Assembly: GCA_963797095.1 (NCBI GenBank)
Contig: CAWCNY010000001.1
Coordinates: forward strand, 192,001 to 256,000
Source of the DNA: an uncultured Chloroflexia bacterium
GTDB taxonomy: Bacteria > Chloroflexota > Chloroflexia > QHBQ01 > JADMIH01
Direction of reading: 5' to 3'
Length of the DNA: 64,000 bases
The notes beneath the pieces are model-generated. The model saw nothing but the letters and a program-made list of their open reading frames with translations. It ran no database searches and had not been told where the DNA came from. Positions 44,598-54,137 of the stretch are shown piece after piece. The position numbers and the translations under genes were made by a program. The first letter of the stretch is position 1; every line of letters begins with the position of its first letter.

Positions 44598-46151
44598 ATG
44601 AAAGAGTACAACGCTTACAAGGGTGAGAGGCGCACGTTGCGAGACATATTGTTCTTGCTGGGGATCGCCATTGCGTTGGGATTCGGGTTGGCGCTGGCGG
44701 GGCCTGCGTTGGGGGCGGGGTTGGGCCAGAGCGCAGACGGCGATATCAGCGGAACAATCACCGTCATAGGCGGCAACGCGTCAGGGATCACCGTTGAATT
44801 GCGGCAGCGTGCCAACAACGGAGCCGACAACTTGCTGGCGACTACCACCACCGATGAGAGCGGAGTGTACCATTTCCCCAAGCAGAACAGCGCGCCCAAC
44901 GACGCTTATTACCAGGTGAAGGTGACGGGCGGGGCGGGGATGCTGGCAGTGTGGTATTCGTTCCCGATCATTTATCTTTCGGGCCAGACCTTCACCGTTC
45001 CCTCAATCGAGATGTCGGACGTGGCGTTGATATTGCCGAAGGAGGGGGACAAGATCGTGCTGCCGAGCAAGCTGGTGTGGAAGGCGCGGCGGGCGGGAGA
45101 GACATTCCGGGTGTATGTTTACGACGCGGCTAACCTGGGCAAGGCGCTGTTGGACAGCGGGAGCCTGGGGATGAACACCGAGTACGCGCTACCTGAAGGC
45201 GCGCTCGCGCCGGGCGATTACGAAGCGGTAGTGCAGGTGCGCGACGCGGTCGTGGGGTACGGTGTGAGCCAGGCGCATTTCCGATTTTCGATTGTAACCG
45301 ACGCGGCCAGCGCAGGTACAAGCGAGTCGCCTCCTGAGGTGGCGACGGGGGAGCCGACACCCGGCACTGAGCCTTCGGGCGAGCCGACAGCAGCATCGGA
45401 GCCTAGCGTAGTTGCTTCGGGCCAGCCTGAGCTTGACCTGCATATGACCGCCGACAAGACCGAGATAAAAGAGGGCGATACTATCACCTTCCGCTTGGAA
45501 GTGACTAATAAGGGGAGCCTGATCGCGCCTGGCGTGGTGGTGACCGATAAGCTGCCCACGGGGGTGACGGTAGATGCCACGCTCGCCAAAAGCTCCACGG
45601 GGATCGTGTCGGTGGATGGGAACAGCGTCACGGCGCAGATAGGCGATCTGCCGCCCAGCGATAAGGTGGTGGTCGAGATACCGGCTGTGGTGGGAGCCGA
45701 TGCGACGAGCAATGTAAGCAACCAGGCTTCGGCGCTGTACACGGGCGCGGCCAATCCTGCCCTGTCCAACGCTTACATAGCACAGGTAGCTTCGCCTCCT
45801 GAAGGAGTAGCGGCGGAACCGACTTCTACTGCTGAGTCGAGTGCGACGTCTGAGCCGGAAGCTCCACCGGAAGCGGACCCTGGAACGCCTACGGCTAGCG
45901 AACCTGCGGAGGCGCCTTCGCCAACGGCTGAGGCCCCGGTGGCGGCTGCGCCCACATCAACGCCTAAGCCCACTGCAACGGCGGGCACAGGAGGCGCGGC
46001 GGGTAGCGGCACGGGCCAGGAGCCGAAAGCGCCTATACCGCAGACGGGCGGGTCGTTCCCCCTGGCTTTCGCACTGCTGCTGCTGGCGGCTACATTTGCC
46101 GCACGCTACCTGCGCGGTTATTTGAGGGGTCGTAACAGCAGGCGTACTTAA
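44598..46151 (+). CDS. Cell-surface protein with DUF11 domain and LPXTG-like sorting signal (IPQTG)
   Basis: Signal peptide, GDTITFRLEVTN..VVVTDKLP (DUF11), P/E/T/A-rich linker, IPQTGG-TM-basic tail. Confidence 0.85.
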   Translation: MKEYNAYKGERRTLRDILFLLGIAIALGFGLALAGPALGAGLGQSADGDISGTITVIGGNASGITVELRQRANNGADNLLATTTTDESGVYHFPKQNSAPNDAYYQVKVTGGAGMLAVWYSFPIIYLSGQTFTVPSIEMSDVALILPKEGDKIVLPSKLVWKARRAGETFRVYVYDAANLGKALLDSGSLGMNTEYALPEGALAPGDYEAVVQVRDAVVGYGVSQAHFRFSIVTDAASAGTSESPPEVATGEPTPGTEPSGEPTAASEPSVVASGQPELDLHMTADKTEIKEGDTITFRLEVTNKGSLIAPGVVVTDKLPTGVTVDATLAKSSTGIVSVDGNSVTAQIGDLPPSDKVVVEIPAVVGADATSNVSNQASALYTGAANPALSNAYIAQVASPPEGVAAEPTSTAESSATSEPEAPPEADPGTPTASEPAEAPSPTAEAPVAAAPTSTPKPTATAGTGGAAGSGTGQEPKAPIPQTGGSFPLAFALLLLAATFAARYLRGYLRGRNSRRT

Positions 46152-46250
46152 TGTATAATAGGCCGTTGCTGGCACTTTCAAAGCGGAAGCCGGATCGTCA
46201 CAGGTCTGGCTTTCTTTATGACAGGGTGAGACACCATTGGAGGAAGAGCT

Positions 46251-46772
46251 ATGGAGGAGATGAACCTCACAGAACTGATCCGCGATATCCCTGATTTTCC
46301 CGTACCGGGCATCCTGTTCCGCGATATTACCACCCTGTTGAAAGAGGGCGGGGCATTCACCTATGTTATCGACCAGATGGCCGCGAAGCTGAGCAGCCTG
46401 AAAGTTGACAAGGTGGTGGCTATTGAGAGCCGGGGTTTTATATTCGGGGCACCAATCGCCTACAAGCTAGGGGCGGGCTTCGTGCCTGCGCGCAAGCTGG
46501 GCAAGCTACCGGCAGATACGATCACCGCTGAGTACGACCTGGAGTACGGTATGAATACCGTGGAGATGCATCGCGACGCCATCAGCCGGGGCGAGAATGT
46601 GGTGATCGTGGACGACTTGCTGGCTACGGGCGGCACCACGCGGGCCACGATTGACCTGGTAGAGCAGTTGGGCGGGGATATTGTGGCGCTTGCCTTCCTG
46701 ATCGAGCTTACTGAGCTAGGCGCGCGAGAGTACCTTGAGGGGTACAACATCGTTACTCTAATTCGTTATTGA
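46251..46772 (+). CDS. apt: Adenine phosphoribosyltransferase
   Basis: PDFPVPGILFRDI, ESRGF, RKLGKLP, VDDLLATGGT. Confidence 0.97.
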   Translation: MEEMNLTELIRDIPDFPVPGILFRDITTLLKEGGAFTYVIDQMAAKLSSLKVDKVVAIESRGFIFGAPIAYKLGAGFVPARKLGKLPADTITAEYDLEYGMNTVEMHRDAISRGENVVIVDDLLATGGTTRATIDLVEQLGGDIVALAFLIELTELGAREYLEGYNIVTLIRY

Positions 46773-46781
46773 TTGTACCAA

Positions 46782-46813
46782 ACACAGCCTGAGCCTCATT
46801 TATCTCAGGCTGT
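46782..46813 (+). terminator. Hairpin after apt
   Basis: CACAGCCTGAG-10-CTCAGGCTGTG. Confidence 0.55.
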
Positions 46814-46814
46814 G

Positions 46815-48474
46815 CGTAGAATGCTATCAACTCCCCGCGCCCGGAAGCATCCTCATTTGGGAGAAAGGCGCAACCAAACAATCGCAGGAATTTTCTAACC
46901 CATTCCATATCCTCTAATTTAGCGTCAATACCTGTCCTAATCACGCGCTCTAGCTCTTGCACATGGCGTGCTGTCTGTGTGCGATGCTCTAGGGCTGAGG
47001 TTGCGCGGTTGGCCGTATCTTGAGCGCGGGTTAGCTTTAGGCGCTCATCGGCTATTTGGATGGCGGCCTTATCAGGTGTGTAACCTCTTGGGCGCGTTTG
47101 TACGTTTCCTCATCTATCAATGCTGGTACTTCAAAGTAAACGTGCTCATTGTCAGGGGTGGGCCGCCTTATTGTGCGCTTTGCCTCTGAGGTGATGTCGT
47201 CTGGCAAGTCGTGTTTGGGGTTGGCTACCCATTTCATCGTGTTGTAGTGCCCACGCCCGTAATACTTAGGGTTGGTGAGCATCTCCCTAACTGTATTCTG
47301 AGCAATTGCCCCGCCATTGCGCCCTTTATAGCCGCGTGCCGTAAGCTCCTTAGCGATGGCAAGCCCTGACATTCGCTTGCATACGGTGAGGTAGAAAACG
47401 AGAGCCGCCATGTAAGCAGGCGTACCCTCCTCGAAATAGAGGGAAAGCGCGGTTTCGTCTTGCAGTTGCCAGACACGCACGCCGTCAGGTAGGATTGCGC
47501 CCTGACGCGCACCATCTAGCTCTAGCCAACTCCTGATAACCTTGCCCGCTCGTGTTTCGCTTGCGTATTTGTAACCTGTAGGCGTTGGGCCGGGCGGTAC
47601 ATTGCCCTTTAGAGCCATGCCTATTCTGCCGCCCCGATTACCTTGCTTATTGGCGAAAAGCACCCATTCCGCCATCTGCGCGAATTGTTGGCGCATCATC
47701 TTCGACATTTTGTCCGTGCCATTGGAAAGCATATCGCAATACCAGTAACGTACGCCGTAGTGCTCACAACGCCGCTCATATTCGGCCAAATGCTCTGGCA
47801 CACGGGTAAGGCGCTCTAGCTTGGGAAATATTACACCTGCCACTTTGCGCGTCTTTATGTAGTCATTCATTATGCGCCTGAAAACGGGCCTATCCATGTG
47901 GCTCCCGGATTTGCTGTCGTACCAAATGTATTCAAGAGGCACGACAAAGCCCTCACGAATTGCGGCCTGGGCACACGTTAGAAGATAGTCAGGTATGCGG
48001 TTATTGTGTGATTGCTCTTCGGTGCTTTACCTGATGTAGCAGCCCCACAAATCTTTACGCGATAAATCAATCTCAAGGACACCGAAAGAAGCCCGCAATT
48101 CAGGGCGCGCCTGTAAAAGCTGCTCGACTTGCGCTAGGAATTCAGTTTGCGTCAACGGCTGTTGCTTCTCTTTTCGCGGCATGTTTACCCTCTCTTTCTT
48201 CTATCACTATTGGCGAATATATCTCTACTAACTTATGCAATACTGTCTCACGCGTTTCGCTTGGGATGTTGGGCGATGGCTCCACGACAAACATCCCCTT
48301 TCCTAAACTGTAGCGCAACAGGTGTCGGGGGATGCCGCCTTTTGGAAGGATGGCTTGGTAAACACTCCTTTTACTGTCAGAGGAGAGCGTGCTAATCAAC
48401 TTTTCTTCCCTAAGTTGCCGCCATTCTACTTGATGAATGGGCGGGTTTTGCTGTGTCTCACCTACTTTCCTAAG
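46815..48474. mobile_element. Remnant of an integrative element (lower GC, dead serine integrase)
   Basis: AT-richer sequence, recombinase pseudogene, abrupt junction inside a DUF385-like gene; left boundary approximate. Confidence 0.6.
47052..48182 (-). pseudogene. Large serine recombinase with nonsense codon (TAA at 48027-48029) and truncated C-terminus
   Basis: Manual translation MPRKEKQ...CYIR*STEEQ...SGSHMDRPVF..KLERLTR..GYK..IAKELT..TVREMLTNPKYYG..PALIDEETY. Confidence 0.85.
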
Positions 48475-48870
48475 CGGGAGGCCGAGGATGCGCTCGAAGA
48501 ACGGCGGACCATGAGGAACCTGCACCGGGAACTGTCGCAGGACCGGCGCTCGCTCTTCAACCGGAAGCTCGACCAGGGACATCCGCTGCCGCTTGCGACC
48601 CCTGGTGAGATAGCCCCAGCCTGAGGCACGCGCGTTCTTGACCCACTCGGTGTCGTAGCCTGTGACGATGTATTGCTTGCCTTCTACGGCGAGGAGTGAG
48701 ATGGGCGTGCTATGCAGCTTACCGCTCTTCCTGCCGGGGATGGTGAGTATGTATTGAGTGCCAAGGGCCAATCCGAGGCGGTTGACTAGAATGACCACAC
48801 GGTTGGCGGGTTTGAGCCAACGGGGGAGCTTGTTTCTGCCAGGCCTGGACGTTTCCTGTGTTCTTGGAGG
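48475..48870 (-). pseudogene. Deazaflavin-dependent nitroreductase (DUF385-like), 3' end replaced by foreign DNA
   Basis: LT.PGRKSGK.HSTP..WVKNARA.G motif; similarity stops at ILGLP; the likely start codon reads ACG. Confidence 0.65.
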
Positions 48871-48967
48871 CGTGCTTGTCTCTCTCTACAATATGACATA
48901 ACCCACCAACGGGTAAATCGATGTCACCCATTTCGGGTGACCGGGTGGGGTGAAAGAACGACGCACC

Positions 48968-51900
48968 TCATACCGGGCTTGCGGCCAATGCTATCGCTTG
49001 CTCCAATGTCATGGCTGCGCCGTTGGCCCACGCTGTTTGCCAGCTTTGGGCGTCCATGTCGCTTTTCGCCTCGGCTATCCAGCGCTCTACAGTCACATGG
49101 TCGACGGCGTCCATTACAGCGCCGAATTGCTCCTGCAAGGCGTAAGTCGCGCCGAAGAGAGTGGCGGCGCGCTCCAGTTGCCCATGCCTGGCCCAGTACC
49201 TTCCAAACTCTGCTATAGACTGCAACAAGGGTATTGCATCATTGTTTTCCTGAAGGATAGGTAGTGCCTCCGTGAGTAGCTCCAACAACCAACCATCTTC
49301 AGTTGGTTGCTTTTTGTCCAGAAGTAAGGAGGCCAGATTTATGCTGGATGTGGCAACGCCTCCTCTTTCACCAACCTGCTTGAGGATCTGCCGGCTCTGT
49401 TCGTAAAGCTGGCGCGCGTCCTCATATCGTTCTTCGTAGCGGGCTACTTCGCCCAGGTTCAGCAACAACCAGCCCTCCAACCACCTGTTGCCCAGTTCAC
49501 GGCTCAGGAGAAGGGCTTCTTCGAATTGCGAGCGCGCAAGCGCGGCATCATGCAGATAGTTCAGCGCGAGGCGTGCCGACCAGAGGAGACTCAGAGCTAT
49601 GCCCGATTTAGCGCCTGACTCGCGCTCTATGTCTCGTGACTCTTCGAACAGCAGGCTTGCTTCCAGATAGTGCCCCTGTTGTAGCGCTATGAGACCCAGG
49701 CTGTGCGCTGCAAAGCTGATCCCGGATTTGATCTGTAGCTCTCTAGATAGATGTAGGCCCTCCTCGCAATAGTGGCGGGCCGATTTGTAATCACCCATGT
49801 GGAATTCGATGTTTCCGAGCGTCACCAGTATGTTCGCCACTCGTGACATCTCCCCCAGCGCGCGGCACATTTCCAGGCTCCGAGTGCAGAGAGCCTGGGC
49901 CTCTTTGTGGTCGCCCTGTCGCATGGCGAGGAACCCGGCATTGTGTAATGACCTGGCGATCAAGGATTCCAGGTTTTGACTGTTACTTTCACCGGTATTG
50001 CCGGACTTATCATGAGCATCTCTATGGTGCTCAGGGTGGGCATTCGGGAGTGCGAACCCCAAATTCAGGGCCTGCGCCAGCCACTCTCGACCTTCGCTGA
50101 AGTAGCTTCGATGTTGCCAGAACCCGCCCAGAGCACCCGTCAGCCGTAGGGCGCCGACGGCGTCGCCCTCGGCTATATACCAGGAGAGCGCCGCGCGCAA
50201 GTTGTCGTGTTCCAGGTCCATTTTGCGGAGCCAGGTTGCCTGGTCAGCACCGACCAATTGCGGTTCGGTCTGCTCGGCCCACTGCAGGAAGTAGAGGGCA
50301 TGTTGCTGCCTTAGGCCTTTTACCTCATCGCTTTCGGCCAGACGCTCCGCCGCGTAATCTCGGAGCGTTTCCAGCATGGAGAATCGCGGTTCGCCTTCCG
50401 AACCTTCGTTGCGCACGAACAGGCTCTTGTTGACCAGAGAGGCCACGCCATCGAGCACGCTGTCGGTGGTATGGCCGCACACGGTTTGCGCGGCTTCGAG
50501 GGTGCAGCCTCTTACGAAGACCGATACCCCTCTGAACAGCGCCTTGTCGGTATCGGATAGGAGGTTGTAGCTCCAGTCGATGGCCGTTACGAGGGCGCGT
50601 TGCCTGGGGGGAAGGTCTGATTTGCCGCCGATCAGAAGCTTGAGGCGACGGTCGAGTCGAGCCACTATCGCGGGCGGCGAGAGCACCTTGACGCGTGCCG
50701 CAGCCAGCTCAATGGAGAGCGGCAAGCCCTCCAGATGCCTGCATATGTCCGCTATGGCGCGGAGATTATTGGAAGTAAGATCGAGCCTGGGATCGACCTC
50801 AAGAGCGCGGTCCACGAAAAGTGCCACCGATTCGTACTGGATCATCTCTTCCAATCGCACAGGGGTATCTGCGGGCGGGACAGGCAGCGGCTGCACCGGA
50901 AACTCGTGCTCGCCCCGGAGATTGAGAGGCGCACGGCTTGTGACCAGCACCTTCAGGAGGGGGCAGACCGCCAGCAACTCGGAGACAACGGAGGCTGCCG
51001 GTAGTATCTGTTCGAAGTTGTCCAAAATTATGAGCATCCGCTTGTCTGCCAGCATTCGTTTCAAGCTCAGGCGCAGGTCAATGCCTCCTGTCTCAGCCAG
51101 ATCGAGGGCCGATGCGATAGCGCCGATTACCATCTCTTCTGAGTGGTCGGTAATGGAGGCCAGGGGCACGAAATATACGCCATCCTGGAAGAACGAGGCC
51201 AGGCCCGCCGATGCCTGTATGCTGAGGCGCGTTTTGCCCATGCCTGCCATGCCTATGAGAGTGACCAGCCGCACTTGCTCTGTGTGCAGCAAACCGGATA
51301 GCTCGGCAAGCTCGCTTTCACGCCCGACGAAGGCTGTGGTCTGGGCCGGTACACTTGGTAAGAGCAGCGAAGGTTGGAGGCCACGACCGGATTGATCGTC
51401 GTGATCCTCGTCGGCCTGTTTGAGGATGTCGAGGGTGCCCTGCCCAGGCTCAATGCCGAACTCGCGCTTCATCATCAGGGCGCACTGTTTGTAGACATTG
51501 AGCGCGCCCGCAAGGTCGTTGTTCAGCAGGTGCAGGCGCATAAGGCGGCGGTAATTGTCTTCAACGAGAGGGTCATATCTGAGCAGGCGGCGCGCATACC
51601 TTATCGCCTGACCATATTGGCCTGAAAGCTCAAGTAGGTCCACCAGCATGTGCAGCGCCACCAGGAATGTGTCGCGGAGCTTCTCGCGCTGGGCAGTTAT
51701 CCATTCGTTATAGCAGGACGGGAGGAGATCGCCTGCGTACAGGTCCACGGCCTTCTGGAGGGCCTTGGTGGTTTGGGGCAGCCCTTCCTGTGGGTCGAGA
51801 TGCGCATCGGCAATCGCCCGCACGAAATGATCGACATCGACTTCAAAAGGCGAGGTTGGGCCAGGATGCCAGTGCACGCTGCTATGGTCGAGCGAAATAT

Positions 51901-52165
51901 AGGAGTCGGCATTCGGCAGCGATGCTCGAAGCTCGTGAAGTAGCTTACGGAGGTTGGTGAGGGCCTGTTGCTCAGAAGAGTCGGTCCAGAACAGAAAAGC
52001 AATGTGCTGCCGCCTCTGCGGAGCCTCACGATGCAGGATCAGGTATGTGAGCAACGCCTGGAGGCGTGGCGAATTGAGCGATGTTATTGGCTCATCACCA
52101 AGAGCTAAGTTGAAATCGCCGAGTAATGTAATGCGCAAACTAGGCTGCACAGGCGCCTCCGACAA
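48968..52165 (-). CDS. AfsR/SARP-like regulator: BTAD + NB-ARC-like ATPase + TPR
   Basis: AVDLYAGDLL, DPLVE (BTAD), GMAGMGKTRL, LDNFEQ, LEGLPLSIELAAA, TPR repeats. Confidence 0.9.
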   Translation of the reverse strand: MSEAPVQPSLRITLLGDFNLALGDEPITSLNSPRLQALLTYLILHREAPQRRQHIAFLFWTDSSEQQALTNLRKLLHELRASLPNADSYISLDHSSVHWHPGPTSPFEVDVDHFVRAIADAHLDPQEGLPQTTKALQKAVDLYAGDLLPSCYNEWITAQREKLRDTFLVALHMLVDLLELSGQYGQAIRYARRLLRYDPLVEDNYRRLMRLHLLNNDLAGALNVYKQCALMMKREFGIEPGQGTLDILKQADEDHDDQSGRGLQPSLLLPSVPAQTTAFVGRESELAELSGLLHTEQVRLVTLIGMAGMGKTRLSIQASAGLASFFQDGVYFVPLASITDHSEEMVIGAIASALDLAETGGIDLRLSLKRMLADKRMLIILDNFEQILPAASVVSELLAVCPLLKVLVTSRAPLNLRGEHEFPVQPLPVPPADTPVRLEEMIQYESVALFVDRALEVDPRLDLTSNNLRAIADICRHLEGLPLSIELAAARVKVLSPPAIVARLDRRLKLLIGGKSDLPPRQRALVTAIDWSYNLLSDTDKALFRGVSVFVRGCTLEAAQTVCGHTTDSVLDGVASLVNKSLFVRNEGSEGEPRFSMLETLRDYAAERLAESDEVKGLRQQHALYFLQWAEQTEPQLVGADQATWLRKMDLEHDNLRAALSWYIAEGDAVGALRLTGALGGFWQHRSYFSEGREWLAQALNLGFALPNAHPEHHRDAHDKSGNTGESNSQNLESLIARSLHNAGFLAMRQGDHKEAQALCTRSLEMCRALGEMSRVANILVTLGNIEFHMGDYKSARHYCEEGLHLSRELQIKSGISFAAHSLGLIALQQGHYLEASLLFEESRDIERESGAKSGIALSLLWSARLALNYLHDAALARSQFEEALLLSRELGNRWLEGWLLLNLGEVARYEERYEDARQLYEQSRQILKQVGERGGVATSSINLASLLLDKKQPTEDGWLLELLTEALPILQENNDAIPLLQSIAEFGRYWARHGQLERAATLFGATYALQEQFGAVMDAVDHVTVERWIAEAKSDMDAQSWQTAWANGAAMTLEQAIALAASPV

Positions 52166-52319
52166 GCACGCTCAACCCGATTTGAGTGCCCGTGGTTGTG
52201 CCGGTACCGGCCAATTCCCTTTCGCGGGGCTGGCATCAGTGCCGGTACTCGTACCCAAGCATACTAAATTCAACAGGTGTGATCAACAGTTTGAGCTATG
52301 TACGAGCGTGGTTGGACAG

Positions 52320-52517
52320 CTAGAGAATACGCAATTGACAGGCGGTCTCGCGGGCTTCGGTGCGGCTTGTTACGCTCAGTTTGCTGTATATCCTGCGCAG
52401 GTGGGTTTTGACTGTGTTGGCGGGCACTATCAGTTCCTGGGCAATTTCCTGCTTGGAGAGTCCAGCGACGAAGAGCCGGCGCACGCGCTGCTCCTGGAGG
52501 CTCAACGGCTCGCTCAT
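52320..52517 (-). pseudogene. Isolated LuxR-type HTH, probably the C-terminal remnant of a MalT-like regulator
   Basis: EPLS.QE.RV.RL...GLS.QEIA.EL....NTVKTH...IY.KL; in-frame stop upstream. Confidence 0.55.
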
Positions 52518-52662
52518 GGCGTGTGGGGTGGCAGGGGAAACGTTGCCGTTGGAGCGCCCTGCGGCACTCTAGCCCAGCAAAGCGGAGAAAAGAACGTCAG
52601 GCTGTGGTCTCATTTCTGACACAACCACATAGAGGGAGAAATGCAAGCGTCGCGGGTCTTAC

Positions 52663-53118
52663 TTATGTTTCCTGGCGTTTGAGTTCTTTGTCGATTGCGC
52701 GGAAGAACTGGCCGATGATAAGGTTGGCACCGGCCTGCACCACGCGCTGGCCGAGGCCTGCCACTTTGCCGCCTACATGGGCATCGCCCTGGTAGGTGAG
52801 GAGGGTCTTCTGGGGGTCCTGTTCGTCAGTGGCGAGATGGAAATCGCCATGGCCGTCAACGAAGCCGACACCGCCCTTCGCGGACATCTTGAGCGTGTAG
52901 GAATCGGGAGGAACCTCGTTCAGGAGGTCGACGGTGCCGGTGTAGATGCCTTTGATGGCGGCGATGCCTATGCTGAGGGTGATGGCGTAGCTGCCGTTCT
53001 CTTGTTTCTCGAACTTCTGGCAGCCTGGGAGCGTGCGTCTGAGGGTTTCAGGGTCGGTGAGTAAGCGGTAAACGGTTTCCCGTGGGGCGTCGAATGTGTG
53101 TTTGCCTGATAGTTGCAT
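52663..53118 (-). CDS. CoxG-family (SRPBCC) protein
   Basis: LTDPETL...LPGC, VGGKVAGLGQR. Confidence 0.85.
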   Translation of the reverse strand: MQLSGKHTFDAPRETVYRLLTDPETLRRTLPGCQKFEKQENGSYAITLSIGIAAIKGIYTGTVDLLNEVPPDSYTLKMSAKGGVGFVDGHGDFHLATDEQDPQKTLLTYQGDAHVGGKVAGLGQRVVQAGANLIIGQFFRAIDKELKRQET

Positions 53119-53130
53119 GATTGTGCCTTT

Positions 53131-53226
53131 ACGAGTGACGAGTGACTAATTGCGTACCGCGTACTGCGTATTGCGTACTTGGTTGTCCTCTGACTACCGA
53201 CTACCGACTACCGACTACCGACTACC
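53131..53226. repeat. Composite heptamer array: ACGAGTG x2, TGCGTAY x4, (GACTACC)x5
   Basis: Read directly; abuts the stop codon at 53228. Confidence 0.9.
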
Positions 53227-53227
53227 A

Positions 53228-53932
53228 TCATACCGACACTATCAGCTTGGCCTGGGCCATGGCGGGCATGCCTCTGTGGTTGGCGGCTGAGAGTACGAAG
53301 GTGTGCTCGCCCGGCATCAGGGTGGCGGCATAGGCGGCGGTGACGGTCATGGTGATAACCATTTGGGGGCTGACCCAGCGCCCTCCGGGCGGAACCGTGG
53401 TGATGCCGAGCGGGTGGCCGTTGGTGACATCGAACTTGACCATGGGCGGCCCGACGTGCCAGATGCTCCAGGTGCGGGGATAGCGGCTCATCGCTGTGAA
53501 GACGAAGGGCATGACGGCCGGCATCTGGGTGGTCTGGCTAAAGGCCATGAAGGGGGGCGCAACCTGGGCCATTGGGCGGTCGTCCTCGCGCAACTCCGGT
53601 GGAGGGCCGCTTGCGGGGTAGGTCATGCCGGGGGGTGGGGTGTCGTCGAACACCATGTGAGTTTCAACAATGGTGAGGGGGAAGCCGGTGAAGCTCTGCA
53701 AGTAATCGGTAGTGAGCATGACGTGTCTGCCCATTGCATACGTTGAATTGAGCTTGAGCGACTTGAGATTGTAACCGAGGCACGGCGGGATGAAGATGCA
53801 GGAGAGGGTGCCTACATCGCCATCGAGGGCCACGTTGCCCGCGTTGGCAAAGGCGGGGCCAGTGGGAATGTGGTGGCCCAGACCCCCGTGCGGGCAGGTG
53901 ATTATCGCGTTGTTAGTCAGTACTCGGGGCAT
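53228..53932 (-). CDS. PAAR-like (DUF4280-type, eCIS spike-tip-like) protein with C-terminal extension
   Basis: MPRVLT..A.ITCPHGG ... C.F.PPC ... G..VML ... TG.PL.IV pattern in the first ~98 aa; Pro linker; beta-rich tail. Confidence 0.6.
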   Translation of the reverse strand: MPRVLTNNAIITCPHGGLGHHIPTGPAFANAGNVALDGDVGTLSCIFIPPCLGYNLKSLKLNSTYAMGRHVMLTTDYLQSFTGFPLTIVETHMVFDDTPPPGMTYPASGPPPELREDDRPMAQVAPPFMAFSQTTQMPAVMPFVFTAMSRYPRTWSIWHVGPPMVKFDVTNGHPLGITTVPPGGRWVSPQMVITMTVTAAYAATLMPGEHTFVLSAANHRGMPAMAQAKLIVSV

Positions 53933-53952
53933 GGATTTGGACGGGGGCGAAA

Positions 53953-53996
53953 GTAGTCGGTAGTCGGAGGGCGGTGAAATACGCAGTACGCAGTAT
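53953..53996. repeat. Composite heptamer array (GTAGTCG x2, ACGCAGT), inverted relative to 53151-53226
   Basis: Reverse complement matches GCGTACTGCGTATT and CCTC.GACTACCGACTAC on the other side of the gene. Confidence 0.8.
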
Positions 53997-54137
53997 GAAG
54001 TAGGTCACTTATCCACCTCCAGATGCGTGCCTATACATTACCAGAGGTGGGCATTGGGCGCAAGATGTTTGGAGCATAAATGTGTGGCATATTGTTTGCT
54101 CTTGTGGACTGGCACTACAGAAGGGGAGGTGGCAGCG

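Noticed and set aside
46753-46962. 69-aa ORF convergent with apt as a functional gene
   Set aside because: Overlaps the apt 3' end and its hairpin, has no motif, and is probably element debris
48027-48029. Recoding (Sec/Pyl or readthrough) of the recombinase internal stop
   Set aside because: The codon is TAA, and the gene is also C-terminally truncated, so decay is the simpler explanation
48142-48798. 218-aa ORF as a genuine novel fusion protein
   Set aside because: The C-terminal half is read-through into AT-richer element DNA and overlaps the recombinase start
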